NCBI RefSeq assembly: GCF_006345805.1
Contig: NC_043001.1
Coordinates: forward strand, 121,396,001-121,460,000
Length of the DNA: 64,000 nt
Direction of reading: 5' to 3'
Origin: Octopus sinensis
Taxonomy: Eukaryota
Below the pieces are notes generated by a model, which was not told where the DNA came from, did no database searches, and saw only the letters and a program-made list of their open reading frames with translations. Position numbers and translations under genes: made by a program. Every line of letters begins with the position of its first letter. The stretch's first letter is position 1. This document shows positions 11,080 through 25,094 of the stretch, one piece after another.

Positions 11080-13170
11080 TTCGAAGCTCTTCTCTCTCCT
11101 TCCTCATTCCGCATTAATACCTCATTCTTCCCCTCTTCCTTTCTCTAATACATGATAGACTCCCTCTCTTATCACACACATCATTCCCTCTCCTTCTCTA
11201 CTCCTCTCCCTCCCCCTCTGTCACTTACTTATGTTATTGTTTAACCCCGCCTCCCTCATCCCTCGTTTTCTCTCAACTCTTACTCTCCCTCCCTCACAAA
11301 GCATATATCTCATACATCATCTCTATTTCCTTCCCCCTCCCTCACTTTTTGTCTCTCTCTCCCTCCCTCTTTACCACCTCATATCTCATACTCTCCCTCT
11401 ACCTCTTTTGCGCTCCGCCCCACGTCACACTCTCCCTCTCTTTCTAAACCTATGTATCATTCTCTCTCTCCCTCCACCTCCTTATATAATATTCTCTCAT
11501 TCTCTTACCTCATTCTTTCCCTCCCTTTCTCCTCCCTTTCCATCTCCCTCTCTTTCTCTATGTCTGTCTTTCTCTCTCTTTGCTCTCTCCATTTCTCTAT
11601 TTCAGTCTCTCTCTTTCTCCCTCTCGCTTCTTATGTCTCTCTCTCTGTCTCCGTGTCTCTGTTTGTCTGTCTCTCTCTTTCTCCCTCTCTCCCTCTCCCT
11701 CTCTCTATTACCTTATTATATATTAATGCTCCGCCTTTTTACTCTTTCTCTCTCATCTCATACTCCTCCTCTCTTCTTAACATTTATTTCTCTAATCCCT
11801 CCTCCTTCCTCCCCTTCTCTCCCTCCTTCTCCCTCTTTCTTCTCATCATTTTTACAGAATTACGTCGCCTTCCTCTCTATCTCTCTCTCATTCTTTCTTT
11901 CTTTCTTTTTGTTTCCCTTTACTTACTTTCTCTTTTCTTTCTTTCTTTCATTTTCCTTTCTTTCCTCCTTTCTTTTTTTCTTTCCTTTTCCATTCTTTCT
12001 TTCTTTCATTCTTTCTTTCTTTCTTTCTTTCTTTCTTTCATCCGTTCTTTCTTTCTTTTTTCTTTATGTCTTTCTTTGTTTCTTTCTTTCTTTTTTCTTC
12101 ATTTCCCTCATTTTTCCTTCTTTCTTTCTTTCTTTCATTCTTCTTTATTTGTTTCTTTGTTTGTTTGTTTCTTTCTTTCTTCCTTCATTTCCCTCATTTT
12201 TTCTTTCTTTCTTTCTTTCTTTTTTTAATTTTCTTATTTGTTTCTTTGTTTGTTTCTTTCTTTCTTTCTTCCTTCATTTCCCTCATTTCTTTCTTTCTTT
12301 CTTCCTTTCTTTCTTTCTTTTTTTAATTTTCTTATTTGTTTCTTTGTTTCTTTCTTCCTTCCTTCATTTCTCTCATTCTTTCTTTCCTTCCTTCCTTTAT
12401 TTTCCTTATTTCTTTGTTTACTTTCTGTTTTTCATTTCCTTCTTCTTACCCTTCATTCTTTTTTTCTTTCTTCCCTCTCATCTTTCCTTCTTCAATCCGT
12501 CTTTCATTTTTCTTCCTTTCTTTTTTCTGTCGTTGCTTCGTTTCCTTTCCTTGTCTCCTTTTTCTCTCTCTCCCTCTCACCCTGCTCTTATCCTTCTCAC
12601 TTTCTTTCCTTCTTTTTTCCTTCTTTCTTTCTTTTTTCTTTTTTCCCTTCATTCTTTCTATCTTTCCCTCTTTTTCCTTCTAACCTTCTTTCTTTTCTGT
12701 TTCCCTTTCTTTCTTACTTTCTCCCTTTCTTCCTTTCTTTCTCCCTTTCTTTCTTTCTCTCTTTCTTTCTTTCTTTCCTTTTTACTTTCTTTCTTTCTTT
12801 CTTTCTTTCTTTCTGTCTCTCTTTCTTTCTTTCCTTACTGCCTTTTTTCCTTCTTTCTTTCCTTACTGCCATTCTTTCCTTCCTTCTTTTACTTCCTTAT
12901 TTCCTTCATTCCTTCTTTCCTTCCTTCCTTCCTTCCTTCCTTCCCTCCTTCCTTCCTTTCTTTCTTTCTTTTTTCTTTCTTCCGCTCTCATTTCATGCAT
13001 TATTACAGAATCACGTTACTTTATTCCTTCCTTGCTCTTTTCTTTCATTCCTTCTTTTTTCTCTTTTCTTTCTTCCTTTCTCTCTCTCTCTCTCATTCTT
13101 TCCTTCTTTTTACTCTCTCTCCCTCACTCTCTTTCTTTCCCTTAATCTCATTGTTTCCCTCCCAAAACCA
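11080..13170. repeat. About 2.1-kb polypyrimidine (CT/TTTC/TTCC) low-complexity tract
   Basis: Almost purely C/T on the + strand; internal roughly 90-bp higher-order units at about 12090-12380. Confidence 0.97.
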
Positions 13171-13941
13171 TTTCGACCTTTATAAAAGAATCTCACCTCT
13201 CTATTGTCTCGCATCATTCGTGAAACAGCAACCAAACACCTTGAAATTTCTAAAGTTTTTATTTTATAAAAGCAGGACACTTGACGAAGCGTCTATCAAA
13301 TATATTGTCCTACAGGTGGTCGGGTAATATGCTAGAAGTAACAGTTCAGTACACTATATTCTGCATTGTTTTTCATGAAAGATTGAAGGAGACTTTATGA
13401 AGCATCCGGAGGAATGTTATCCAGTTGGTGGTCCTACATCATGCTAGAAATAACAGCCAAGTATATCAAAGTTTTGTGTTGTCACTCATATAAAAATTAA
13501 GGGTACTTAGAAAATCCTCTCTCTCCCACCTCAGCATATATTAATATATCACCCCAAATCTAAGCCGAATACCCCTAACCTCTAAGCCACTTCACTCCAG
13601 CGACCATGCAAACTGTGTGATGATTGCAGGCAGAGTGAAAGGAAAAGTAAAGAATTGGAAATGTGAAAAAGCGAAATAAAAAACGAATCAGTGACGTGGA
13701 GTCGCAATCTGTACTAATTCCATTGATCAATGTTCGATATTTATCGATAATGTGTTATAAACACTATTTTATATTATTCTCACTCTTTTTAATAATAGGC
13801 ATCACTCGCCGTCGCTCCGTCCCTTTCTCTCCCTCCACACACCGCACGATGCTCTCTGAAGCGGTGTTCCATCCAGGTATCCTCACATCCGTTTCTCTCA
13901 TCAATAGGCGAACCATTGTTCCATTACCATTGTCGGCCGTC

Positions 13942-13991
<50 letters not shown>

Positions 13992-13996
13992 ATATA

Positions 13997-14223
13997 TTGG
14001 GTTGGTGCATAATTATTGCGGATTTCTTCAACAAATTTTATTCAACAAAAACAATAACATGTAACAAAACATCTTTAAATGATTATTCCGGAGCATATTC
14101 ACCATCTACTTCAATAACTGTTTCATAGACGGTCATGTAAAGATGTTTTTGATAAATATTTTTATTGTTTTTGTTAAATAATATTTGTTGAAAAATAGCA
14201 GCAATAATTATGCACCAGCCCAA
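13997..14223. mobile_element. Mariner-type MITE with TA TSD
   Basis: TA-TTGGGTTGGTGCATAATTATTGC ... GCAATAATTATGCACCAGCCCAA-TA; TIR resembles the Hsmar1/MADE1-type end. Confidence 0.88.
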
Positions 14224-14229
14224 TATTTT

Positions 14230-14640
14230 ACCTGACCCTGGGATGGTGTGACATCTTGAATTGAGCGTTACATGGATTAAAGTGAGGGAAGGCTGTACAA
14301 TAGCATCTGGCTCACTCTCTCGTCCCTTCCGCTGTGATTCCAGTGGAAGGATGAAGTCAAGAAAACTACAGACAGGTTGCAGTTCACCCTCTACAAAGTT
14401 TGCGGGTCCGTTGAGCCTCTGTAATGGTTTCCTCAGCACACTCAACAGGTTCACATCCTTAGGTAGAAAAGCCCTAGTCCACCAATAGTTAAAGGCCGTG
14501 TGCTACCCTTACCATGGTTTAGCCAGCCTGTGGAAGCCGTGACCCTGGGTGGGGATACTGTTGCATGCAGATAGCATTGATGAACCACAGATGAGAGGTG
14601 GGAGTCACGGGAGGACCAAAGCGGACGGACTACTCCAAGG
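14230..14640 (-). mobile_element. GC-richer non-coding stretch, possibly a LINE 5' UTR remnant
   Basis: Composition shift only; no recognisable ORF motif. Confidence 0.25.
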
Positions 14641-14659
14641 AGTACTACATATTTTTCCA

Positions 14660-14726
<67 letters not shown>

Positions 14727-14729
<3 letters not shown>

Positions 14730-16403
14730 TAGTTTTATTTTTATAGCGTGCTTTCACTTCACTACCGAGCGCAGCTCTGTGTGCCTTGGGTATGTGCTGT
14801 GATTTGTTGTGATGCTCTGATGGTTATTGTATGGAAAGTGTTCTGCGTAGGATGTGTGCAGTGCCTAGTAGTGCAATTTTCTGTATGTTATATGTGTTTG
14901 TAAGTCCTGGTGTTTTTGTTATGTATTTGTCTGAATATTTTTTTATCATGCCTAATGCACCTACTATGATAGGAATTGTTTCTGTTTTCAGATTCCACAT
15001 TCTAGTTACCTCTATTTCCAGGTCTTTGTATTTTGAGAGTTTCTCCGTTTCTTTTAGAGACACGTTGTCATCTGCCGGTATTGATACATCAATTAGAAAG
15101 CATTTTTTTTCTTCATGATCTCTGACAACTATATCTGGTCTGTTGGCCTTAATTTCTCTATCTGTGTGTATCGGCATATCCCAGAGTATGGTTGCTTTCT
15201 CGTTTTCTGTGACCTTTTCTGGTGTGTGCCTATACCATCTTTTTTCTGTTGTATTCCATAATGTTGGCATAGCTTCCAATGTATGTAGGTTCCAACTCTG
15301 TCATCTCTGTGAATATATCCTTCTTAGCCAGGACTGGGCAGCTAGAGATAATATGATTTATTGTTTCTTGTCCATCTCCACATATACTGCAGTTACTTGT
15401 AATATTTCTTTTCATTACATGTTTTTGGTAATTTCTGGTGGGGAGGCTTTGGTCTTGTGCTGCAATTAAAAATCCCTCTGTTTCTGCTTTGAGTCCTGAG
15501 CTTCTCAACCACTGCTGGGATTTTCTTTGTCTATTTCTTTTGCGTTTAGTTTAGTGCAGTATTTACCATGAAGGGGCTTTTCTTGCCATCGTTTTATCAT
15601 GTTCGTTGCTGTTCTATTTTAGTTTGGATTTCATTTGTTTTATAGCTTTTGTTGTTTCTTCATCATCTTCTTCTTCTTCTTCTTCGTGTTTATTAGGTGG
15701 TATGATTTCTTGTTTGTATTTGTCAGCTTCCTTAAATACTGAGAACAGTTTTTTGTTTTGCTCGTGTTTTGCTGCTATCTGGATCAGTTTTCCTTCCTTC
15801 TGAAGTAGATATTTTTGCAGTCCTATGGTGGTCATTTATAGTAGTTTTCCAGCTGTATAAGGCCTCTACCACCTTCTATACGTTGTATATATAGTCTTTC
15901 TATGTCAGATTTTGGGTGATGCATCCTAGATCCTGTCAGTATTTTTCTTGTTTTCCTATCTATTTTGGACAGTTCATTCCGTGTCTAGTTAAGGATATTG
16001 TAGCTGTAACTTATAACTGGGACAGCTAAAGTGTTGATACCTATTATCTTGTTTTAGCATTGAGCTCTGTTTTTAGTATTGATCTAACTCGTATATAATA
16101 TTCTTTTTTTATTTTCTCTTTCATTTGTGTGTGTTGTGTCTTATCTAGTTCATGGATTCCTAAGTATTTGTAAGTTTGGCTTTGGTCTAATTCTTTTATT
16201 TCATTGGTTTTATCTAGTGTGTGGTTGTTACTCTTAACTAGTTTTCCTCTTTTCATGGTTACTTTGGCGCATTTTTCTAATCCAAATTTCATATCTATTT
16301 CTTTGGTAAATCCATGAACTGTCTTTAATAGTGTTTCCAGCTGTTTGTCATTTGCAGCGAATAGTTTTAGGTCATCCATATATAAAAGGTGGCTGATCGT
16401 TTT
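14727..16403 (-). mobile_element. R4/Dong LINE, family A, 5'-truncated
   Basis: YMDDLKLFA RT motif, CxxC..H...C knuckle (CSICGDGQETINHIISSC), RLE motifs ANRPDIVV/LIDVSIP; flanked by (TTA)n on both sides. Confidence 0.92.
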
Positions 16404-16416
16404 ATTATTATTATTA

Positions 16417-16468
<52 letters not shown>

Positions 16469-16486
16469 GTTATTATTATTATCATT

Positions 16487-17017
16487 CAGTAGTTTTATTT
16501 TTATAGCGTGCTCTCATTTCACTACCGAGCGCAGCTCTATGTGCCTTAGGTATGTGCTGTGATTTGTTGTGATGCTCTGATGGTTATTTTATGGAAAGTG
16601 TTCTGCGTAGGATGTGTGCAGTGCCTAGTAGTGCAATTTTCTGTATGTTATATGTTTGTAAGTCCTGGTGTTTTGTTATGTATTTGTCTGAATATTTTTT
16701 TATCATGCCTAATGCACCTACTATGATAGGAATTGTTTCTGTTTTCAGATTCCACATTCTAGTTACCTCTATTTCCATGTCTTTGTATTTTGAGAGTTTC
16801 TCCATTTCTTTTAGAGACACGTTGTCATCTGCCGGTATTGATACATCAATTAGAAAGCATTTTTTTTCTTCATGATCTCTGACAACTATATCTGGTCTGT
16901 TGGCCTTAATTTCTCTATCTGTGTGTATTGGCATATCCCAGAGTATGGTTGCTTTCTCGTTTTCTGTGACCTTTTCTGGTGTGTGCCTATACCATCTTTT
17001 TTCTGTTGTTATTCCAT
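16487..17017 (-). mobile_element. R4/Dong LINE, family A, short 3' fragment
   Basis: Near-identical to 14727-15257; ORF 16584-16934 carries the RLE domain; (TTA)n flanks. Confidence 0.92.
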
Positions 17018-17040
17018 TATTATTATTATTGTCATTAGAA

Positions 17041-17125
<85 letters not shown>

Positions 17126-17160
17126 CATTATTATTATTATCATCATTATTATCATCATTA

Positions 17161-17191
<31 letters not shown>

Positions 17192-17243
17192 TATTAATAT
17201 TATTATTATCATTATTATTATTATAACTATTATTATTGTTATT

Positions 17244-17958
17244 GAGTGAGAGAGCAGTTCATGCCATCAAAGTGACACTGGGGTAAAATATACGAAGCCC
17301 AATATACCTATCATGACAACCCGTCTGATAAAGGTACACTAGGCACATGCATCACAACCATATGTGCGCGACATGGTGATCTCATATCAAGATAAACAGC
17401 ACATGACCTTGCAGGTGGGGCCCAGTTAGAATTTTCTTCAGGTTGAGTAGCCCATCCCGCTCAAACGGTCCCTGAATAAGGGTTGTTTAAGGATGTTGAA
17501 AGAACCACCCATGTTTCCAGAGGTGAATTATTCAAACCCCAAAGAATCCCTCTCAACACATGGCTATGATGCTCCCCCACTACTTCTGCTCGTGGTCAGA
17601 GATGCACATATCGTCAGCCACTAAGGGACATGCTCAACTGGTTAAGGTCAAACAACTGACAAGCAAATCTGTGGTATTGAGCAGAATATTTGCTGTAGCC
17701 CATCTTTTATACCAAGACAAAACAATGTACATGATAACACAGACAAAACAATGTACATGATAACACAGACAAAACAATGTACATGATAACACAGACAAAA
17801 CAATGTACATGATAACATAGACAAAACAATGTACGTGATAACACAGACAATACAATGTACATGATAACACAGACAAAACAATGTACATGATAACACAGAC
17901 AAAACAATGTACATGATAACACAGACAAAACAATGTACATGATAACACAGACAAAACA
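17244..17958 (-). mobile_element. Non-coding element embedded in the TAA tract (candidate non-autonomous retroposon)
   Basis: No ORF; minus strand ends ...CTCTCTCACTCAATAACAATAATAA into the TAA tail; its other end is a 26-bp tandem array. Confidence 0.55.
17716..17958. repeat. 26-bp tandem repeat, 9 full copies plus a partial
   Basis: Unit GACAAAACAATGTACATGATAACACA starting at 17716, 17742, 17768 ... 17924, 17950. Confidence 0.97.
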
Positions 17959-18019
17959 TATTATTATTATCATTATTATCATCATCATCATTCTTATTAT
18001 TATTGTTATTATTATTATT

Positions 18020-21000
18020 CAGTAGTTTTATCTTTATTTTTATAGCGTGCTTTCACTTCACTACCGAGCGCAGCTTTGTGTGCCTTGGGTATGTGCTGTG
18101 ATTTGTTGTGATGCTCTGATGGTTATTGTATGGAAAGTGTTCTGCGTAGGATGTGTGCAGTGCCTAGTAGTGCAATTTTCTGTATGTTATATGTGTTTGT
18201 AAGTCCTGGTGTTTTTGTTATGTATTTGTCTGAATATTTTTTATCATGCCTAATGCACCTACTATGATAGGAATTGTTTCTGTTTTCAGATTCCACATTC
18301 TAGTTAGCTCTATTTCCAGGTCTTTGTATTTTGAGAGTTTCTCCATTCTTTTAGAGACACGTTGTCATCTGCCGGTACTGATACATCAATTAGAAAGCAT
18401 TTTTTTTCTTCATGGTCTCTGACAACTATATCTGGTCTGTTGGCCTTAATTTCTCTATCTGTGTGTATCGGCATATCCCAGAGTATGGTTGCTTTCTCGT
18501 TTTCTGTGACCTTTTCTGGTGTGTGCCTATACCATCTTTTTTCTGTTGTTATTCCATAATGTTGGCATAGCTTCCAAAGTATGTAAGTTCCAACTCTGTC
18601 ATGTCTGTGAATATATTCCTTCTTAGCCAGGACTGGGCAGCTAGAGATAATATGATTTATTGTTTCTTGTCCATCTCCACATATTCTGCAGTTACTTGTA
18701 ATATTTCTTTTCATTACATGTTTTGGTAATTTCTGGTGGGAGGCTTTGGTCTTGTGCTGCAATTAAAAATCCCTCTGTTTCTGCTTTGAGTCCTGAGCTT
18801 CTCAACCATTGCTGGGATTTTTCTTTGTCTATTTCTTTGGCGTTTAGTTTAGTGCTAGTTTACCATGAAGGGGCTTTTCTTGCCATCGTTTTATCATGGT
18901 TCGTTGCTGTTCTATTTTAGTTTGGATTTCATTTTTTTTTATAGCTTTTGTGTTTCTTCATCTTCTTCTTCTTCTTCATGTTTATTAGGTGGTATGATTT
19001 CTTGTTTGTATTTGTCAGCTTCCTTAAATACTGAGAACAGTTTTTTGTTTTGCTCGTGTTTTGCCGCTATCTGGATCAGTTTTCCTTCCTTCTGAAGTAG
19101 ATATTTTTGCAGTCCTATGGTGGTTATTTTATAGTAGTTTTCCAGCTGTATAAGGCCTCTACCACCTTCTATACGTTGTATATATAGTCTTTCTATGTCA
19201 GATTTTGGGTGATGCATCCTAGATCCTGTCAGTATTTTTCTTGTTTTCCTGTCTATTTTGGTCAGTTCATTTCGTGTCCAGTTAAGGATATTGTAGCTGT
19301 AACTTATAACTGGGACAGCTAAAGTGTTGATACCTATTATCTTGTTTTTAGCATTGAGCTCTGTGTTTAGTATTGATCTAACTCGTCTATAATATTCTTT
19401 TTTTATTTTCTCTTTCATTTGTGTGTGTTGTGTCTTATCTAGTTCATGGATTCCTAAGTATTTGTAAGTTTGGCTTTGGTCTAATTCTTTTATTTCATTT
19501 GCTTCATCTAGTGTGATGTTGTTACTCTTAACTAGTTTTCCTCTTTTCATGGTTACTTTGGCGCATTTTTCTAATCCAAATTTCATATCTATTTCTTTGG
19601 TAAATCCATGAACTGTCTTTAATAGTGTTTCCAGCTGTTTGTCATTTGCAGCGTATAGTTTTAGGTCATCCATATAAAAAGGTGGTTGATCGTTTTGCCG
19701 TAACATTTATATCCGCATCCAGTTCTATTTAGCATATCAGATAGAGGTGACAGTGCCAAGCAGAAAAGGAGTGGAGAGAGCGTATCTCCCTGGAATATTC
19801 CTCTTCTAATGGGGATGTCTTTGGTTTTCATGAGTCCCTCTTTTGTTTGGAGGGAGGTGTAGGACTGTTTGCCATTTTTCATAGAGTGCTCTATGAATTT
19901 TATGATTGTTGGTGCTACTTTGTTAATGGCTAGTGTTTCGAGGATCCATGTGTGGGGGATGCTATCAAACGCCTTTTTGTAGTCAATCCAGGCCATACTG
20001 AGGCCTTTCTTCTTTCTGTGGCTGTCTTCAGTTATGGCTTATTAATCATTAGTTGATCTTTACAGCCATATGAACCTTTGCGGCATCCTTTCTGCTCTTC
20101 TGGGAACAGTTTGTTTTCGTCCAGGTGCTTGTTCAGCCTTTGTGATATCACTGCAGTAAATGCCTTGAACATAGTAGGGAGGCAGGTTATTGGTCTGTAG
20201 TTTTCTGGTTTTTCTGTTTCATTTGATTTGGGAATTAAGATGGTTTTCCCCTTCGTGAGCCATTCAGGCATTGTCTCTGGCTCTGCTAGTACGTTGTTAA
20301 GTTTTCAGCCTTTTTGTGCATTCCTGTTAGATATTTCAACCAGAAGTTGGGGATCTTGTCATGCCCAGGTGCCTTCCAGTTGCTTAGTCTTTGCAGTGCC
20401 TGGGTGACCTCTTCAGTTGTTATGGGGGTCCAAATTTGTTCAGATGCCGAGTTTGTTATTTTGATACTCCTTTTTTTTGGTGGTTCGTTCGCCGACCATA
20501 TTTCTCCCCAGAATTCTTCCAATTCTTCTGCCGTTGGTGCTGCAGTGACTTCTATTTTATTTTTGCCCAGTTCTTGGTAGAACTTTTTGGGGTTGGAGTT
20601 GAACTTTTGTTTTCTTCAAAGAAGCGTTGGCGTTTCTTGTACCGGCGGATCCTTTGTGCTTTGGCAAGGATATCTTGCTTCAGCTTTCTTTTATTTCAGG
20701 CAAATCTTTTTCTGTGATGTTATATTTGCGGAGTATTTTTCTTCTCTTTTTGTTGCTCAGTAGCGTTGATTCTTTGCTGATTTCATTAAGAATCGACAGG
20801 TCTTTTCTATTTTTTTTTATTTTGCTTTGGATGTTATTTATCCACAGGGTTTGTTTGGGTGGTGGTACTCCTGTTTGGGCGGGTTTGGGTGAGTATCCAG
20901 CTTCTTTTGTGGCTGCAGTGGCTGCTGCGTATATTAGGTTATTTAGCTCAGTGATATCACTTTTTTTTGATTCAGTGGCTATCAGTTCAGTGACGGCTAG

Positions 21001-21978
21001 GTTTATGCTGTTTATAATAGGTGTTGTTATTCGTTTATTTTGATTCTTGGGAGGTATGGTCGGTGGTCCATTTTGAGCTCTGTGGTTTTCAGTTCTTTGA
21101 TTATTTTATTTTTATATTATCATAATCATTAGGCTCCCCTTCGTTGTTTACATCGTGTTTGTTGGGAATGTTGCGTTTGTCTTCGTGTTTTACAGTTTCA
21201 GTGTTTATATTATTGGGCATTGTTGTGTGGCTTCTATCTACATTTTCCTGGTGTATGTTTTCTTTTAGGTGTTCTATTTCTATTTTGATATTTTTTTTGT
21301 GTTGAGAATGTATCTTCGTACGTTAGCTAATTTATTAGGGTTCATTGCTGTATCCAAGTCTAAATCTCTATTATTTTCCTTCCATATTTTATATGTATGT
21401 TGTTGTATTTTCATTTTTTGGGTAGAGTACTGCTGTGAAGTATGCGTGTAAGATAGAAATGTATTCCTCACGTGTCCATTTACGTCTTTTGGGTTTTATT
21501 TGCGGGACATGAGGTACAACGTCCGGCCCATTATTTTGACGGTCGTCATTTTCGTAGGGTACCGGTCCGTTTATTTCTGATGTCACATTATTTCGCACGT
21601 GTAGTTTTTCGTACATTTTTGTTGTAGGTTTAATGTACGTACCGCTCGATTGTTATTCTTGGGTTGAATAGTATCGGTGGCATTTAATTTCTTCGTATTC
21701 CTTTGTACATGGTGTTTGGGGTCGGAGATGATCGTGATGTTTCACGCATGTTTACATGTGTTGCGTTAGAGGTGGAGATGATATCGAGTCAAAACACATC
21801 ATTTCGTTTCGAAAATAGTAATAAATTTCAATTAGTATTACTTACTCGGATACAGTCCAATTCTTGTTAGTAAAACTTTGGCTCCATAGGATGTCCTTGT
21901 TTTCGATGTTTGTGGATAGGTTTCGGAGCTCTGAATTTTCCTTCTTACATCTTAAAAGTCCCCCGGTGTTCTCTCTCT
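18020..21978 (-). mobile_element. R4/Dong LINE, family A, apparently full length (about 3.96 kb, frameshifted)
   Basis: N-terminal KRRKWTREE, RT motifs (PENYRPITCLPT, WIDYKKAFDSIPH, GIFQGDTLSPLLF, YMDDLKLYA), zinc knuckle and RLE; both ends abut (TTA)n. Confidence 0.93.
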
Positions 21979-21994
21979 TATTATTATATTATTA

Positions 21995-22053
<59 letters not shown>

Positions 22054-22244
22054 TATACTATTATTATTATTATTACTATTATTATATTATTATTATTTTG
22101 TCATTATTCATCATCATTATTACATTATTATTATTTATTATCATATTATTATTATTATTATTATTATATATTATATCATTTTATTATTATTATTATATTA
22201 TTAATATATCATTATATTATTATTATTATTATATATGTCATTTA

Positions 22245-23541
22245 CTTTTAATCTGCATGTTTGATGCAATCACTTGCCGGGGCACACCCAGCGCCCTAGG
22301 GCAAGTGAAGGTTAAGAGTTGTTGAAATATAGTTGAAAGCTTGGGGAGGGGAAGTAGAGAAATATCTCCATGTAATACAAACACAAACATTTACATTGAT
22401 AGGGTTTTTTAAGGATGTGGGCAGTACTTGTTAGCACAATCTTTTGGATTTCCTTGAGACATGGTTCTCCAGGGATATTGTCTAGGTGTTTCTGACATCC
22501 CTTTTTATCATACCTAGGGCACCTACAATAACAGGAACAGTTTTTGCTTTAAGATTCCACATCTTTTGTATTTCGATTTCCAGGTCCTTATATTTACTAA
22601 GTTTGTCAAATTCTTTACAGATACATTTTTATCAGTGGGGACGCTTACCTCTATTAGTCTGCAGGTATTTTCTTCCCTGTCTTTAACAATTATGTCTGGT
22701 CGATTAGCCTTGATCGTTCTGTCAGTGTTGACTGGAAAATCCCAGAGGATGGTGACATCCTTACCTTCAACAACTGGCTGAGGATGGTGTTCATACCAGT
22801 TAGCAGGAGTGTCGAATTGTAGTATTTACATATCTTCCAATGTATATACTGTCCTACCTATCGTGGCGATTTTTGTATTCGTTTGGTGTCAGCACAGGAC
22901 ATCCCGAAACGAGATGGTCTATCGTTTCGTCAAATGTGTCGCAGAATCTGCATTTAGGGTCAGTACCGTTTCGGAGAACGTTAGCCTGGTCATTTCTGGT
23001 AAACAAGCTTTGATATTGTGCTGCCATTATGAAGCCTTCAGTCTCTGCTTTCAATCCAGAACTATTCAGCCACTGATGGGTTGTTGCTTGGTCTACATCA
23101 GCATTTTGGCTTCGGAGAATATATTGCCCATGCAGGGGCTTCTGGCTCCACCGCCTCTCAATTTGATTCTGCCCGTTCTTTTTTGCAGTCTGCTTGATTC
23201 GCTTTGCTTGCTTGGTAGCAGTGGTTTCCGGCTCTTCATCTGATTCAAGGTTAATATCTAGTTCCCTTTCGAACTTATAGGCTTCCTTGACAATAGAATG
23301 AAGTCGCAGCATCCAGTCCTTTGTACTAGATAGGTACCTGTTCATCCCTACAGTAGAGGCCTTATAGCACAGCTCTAATTGCATCATTCCCCCCCCCGCT
23401 GCTTCTAGGTAGGTACAGGCGGTCTACATCTGCCTTAGGGTGGTGCATGCTCTTGGATGTCAGTAATTTTCTTGTCTTTCTGTCCAAGCGTTGGAGTTCC
23501 GTAAGGTTCCAGTTAATGATGTTAAAACTGTACTGGACTAC
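22245..23541 (-). mobile_element. R4/Dong LINE, family B, 5'-truncated
   Basis: LKAETEGFIMAAQ, CRFCDTFDETIDHLVSGCP, HDR, IVGALGMIK; clearly diverged from family A; (TTA)n flanks. Confidence 0.88.
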
Positions 23542-23589
23542 TATTATTATTATCATTATTATTATTATTATTATATTATTATATTATTA

Positions 23590-23624
<35 letters not shown>

Positions 23625-23650
23625 CATTATTATTATTATTATTATCATCA

Positions 23651-23690
<40 letters not shown>

Positions 23691-24062
23691 CATTATCATC
23701 ATCATCATTCTTATTATTATTATTGTTATTATTATTATTATTATTATATTATCATTATTATTATTATTTATTATTATTTATTATTATTATTACTATTATT
23801 ATTTTTGTTATTATTATCATTATTATTATTATTATATTATTATCATTATTATTATATTATTATTATCATTATTATTATTATATTATTATTATTATTATCA
23901 TTATTATTATCATTATTATTATATTATTATCATTATTAGTTTATTATTATCATCATCATTAGTATATTATTATCATTATTATCATTATTATTATTATTAT
24001 TATCATTATTATTATTATTGTTATAATTATTATTAATATTATCATTATTATTATTATTATTA

Positions 24063-24106
<44 letters not shown>

Positions 24107-24923
24107 CTTTTTTTTCTTCTTTCAAATTTTCTTCCATTCTTGCCGAGTGTCTTCCCGACTCCTAGGGCAAAGAAACTCATAGTGTATATTGGTAGGCCAT
24201 TAAACCAAACTCAGTAGTTCGTTCATTTTTTTTTTTTAAAGTTAAATTAAAATGCATGAGCAGCAACAGTTCTCACATCGACAATGCTCTTCTCAATACG
24301 TGTGATGTACCAGTTAAGACAATCTTTTGCACTTCTTGCAGGGATGGTAAGCCAGGGATCATTCTCATATAATTTTCGGTTCCCTTCTTGATCATTCCTA
24401 GTGCTCCTACGATCATGGTATTGTAACCGCCTTGAGATGCCACATTTTCTCAATTTCAATGAGTAGGTCTTTATATTTTCTGAGCTTGTCAAACTTTCGC
24501 TGAGATATTATGATCACAGGGGATGCTCATGTCGATCATAAGCAAACTTTATTGTTTTGGTCTTTCACAACAATATCTGGTTTATTGGCCTTGATGGTTC
24601 GGTCTGTATGTACTGGAAAGTCCCACAGAATGGTTACATTTTCTCCTTCAGTTACAGCCTCGGGTGGTGATTATACCACTGTCGGCAGTTTTGATATTGT
24701 AATGCCGACTTATTAGCCAGTGGAGATATTGGCCAACTCTGTCATGTCTTAATTATACTCCACTGGTGCTAAGATTACATCCAGAGATTAGGTGGTCCAC
24801 TGTTTCAATCATGTCGTTGCAGAATCGGCATTTTGGGTCTGCTCCATTTTTCATCACATTGGCCTGGTAGTTCCGGGTGATGGGTTGATAGGCTTGGTCT
24901 TGAGCAGCCAGGATGAAACCTTT
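24107..24923 (-). mobile_element. R4/Dong LINE, family C, 5'-truncated and decayed
   Basis: GFILAAQDQ, CRFCNDMIETVDHLISGC, ILWDFPVHTDRTIKANKPDIVV on the minus strand; (TTA)/(TCA)n flanks. Confidence 0.82.
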
Positions 24924-24950
24924 TATTATTATCATTATATTATTATTATA

Positions 24951-24981
<31 letters not shown>

Positions 24982-25053
24982 CATTATTATTATTATTATT
25001 ATATCATCATCATTATTATTATTATCATTATTATCATTATTATTATATTATTA

Positions 25054-25094
<41 letters not shown>

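Noticed and set aside
11231-13327. 698-aa ORF and overlapping F/L/S-rich ORFs
   Set aside because: Translation of a C/T simple-repeat tract that lacks stop codons by composition.
17716-17958. CRISPR-like regular repeat (also 44976-45120)
   Set aside because: Units are contiguous with no unique spacers, the context is eukaryotic and there are no cas genes.
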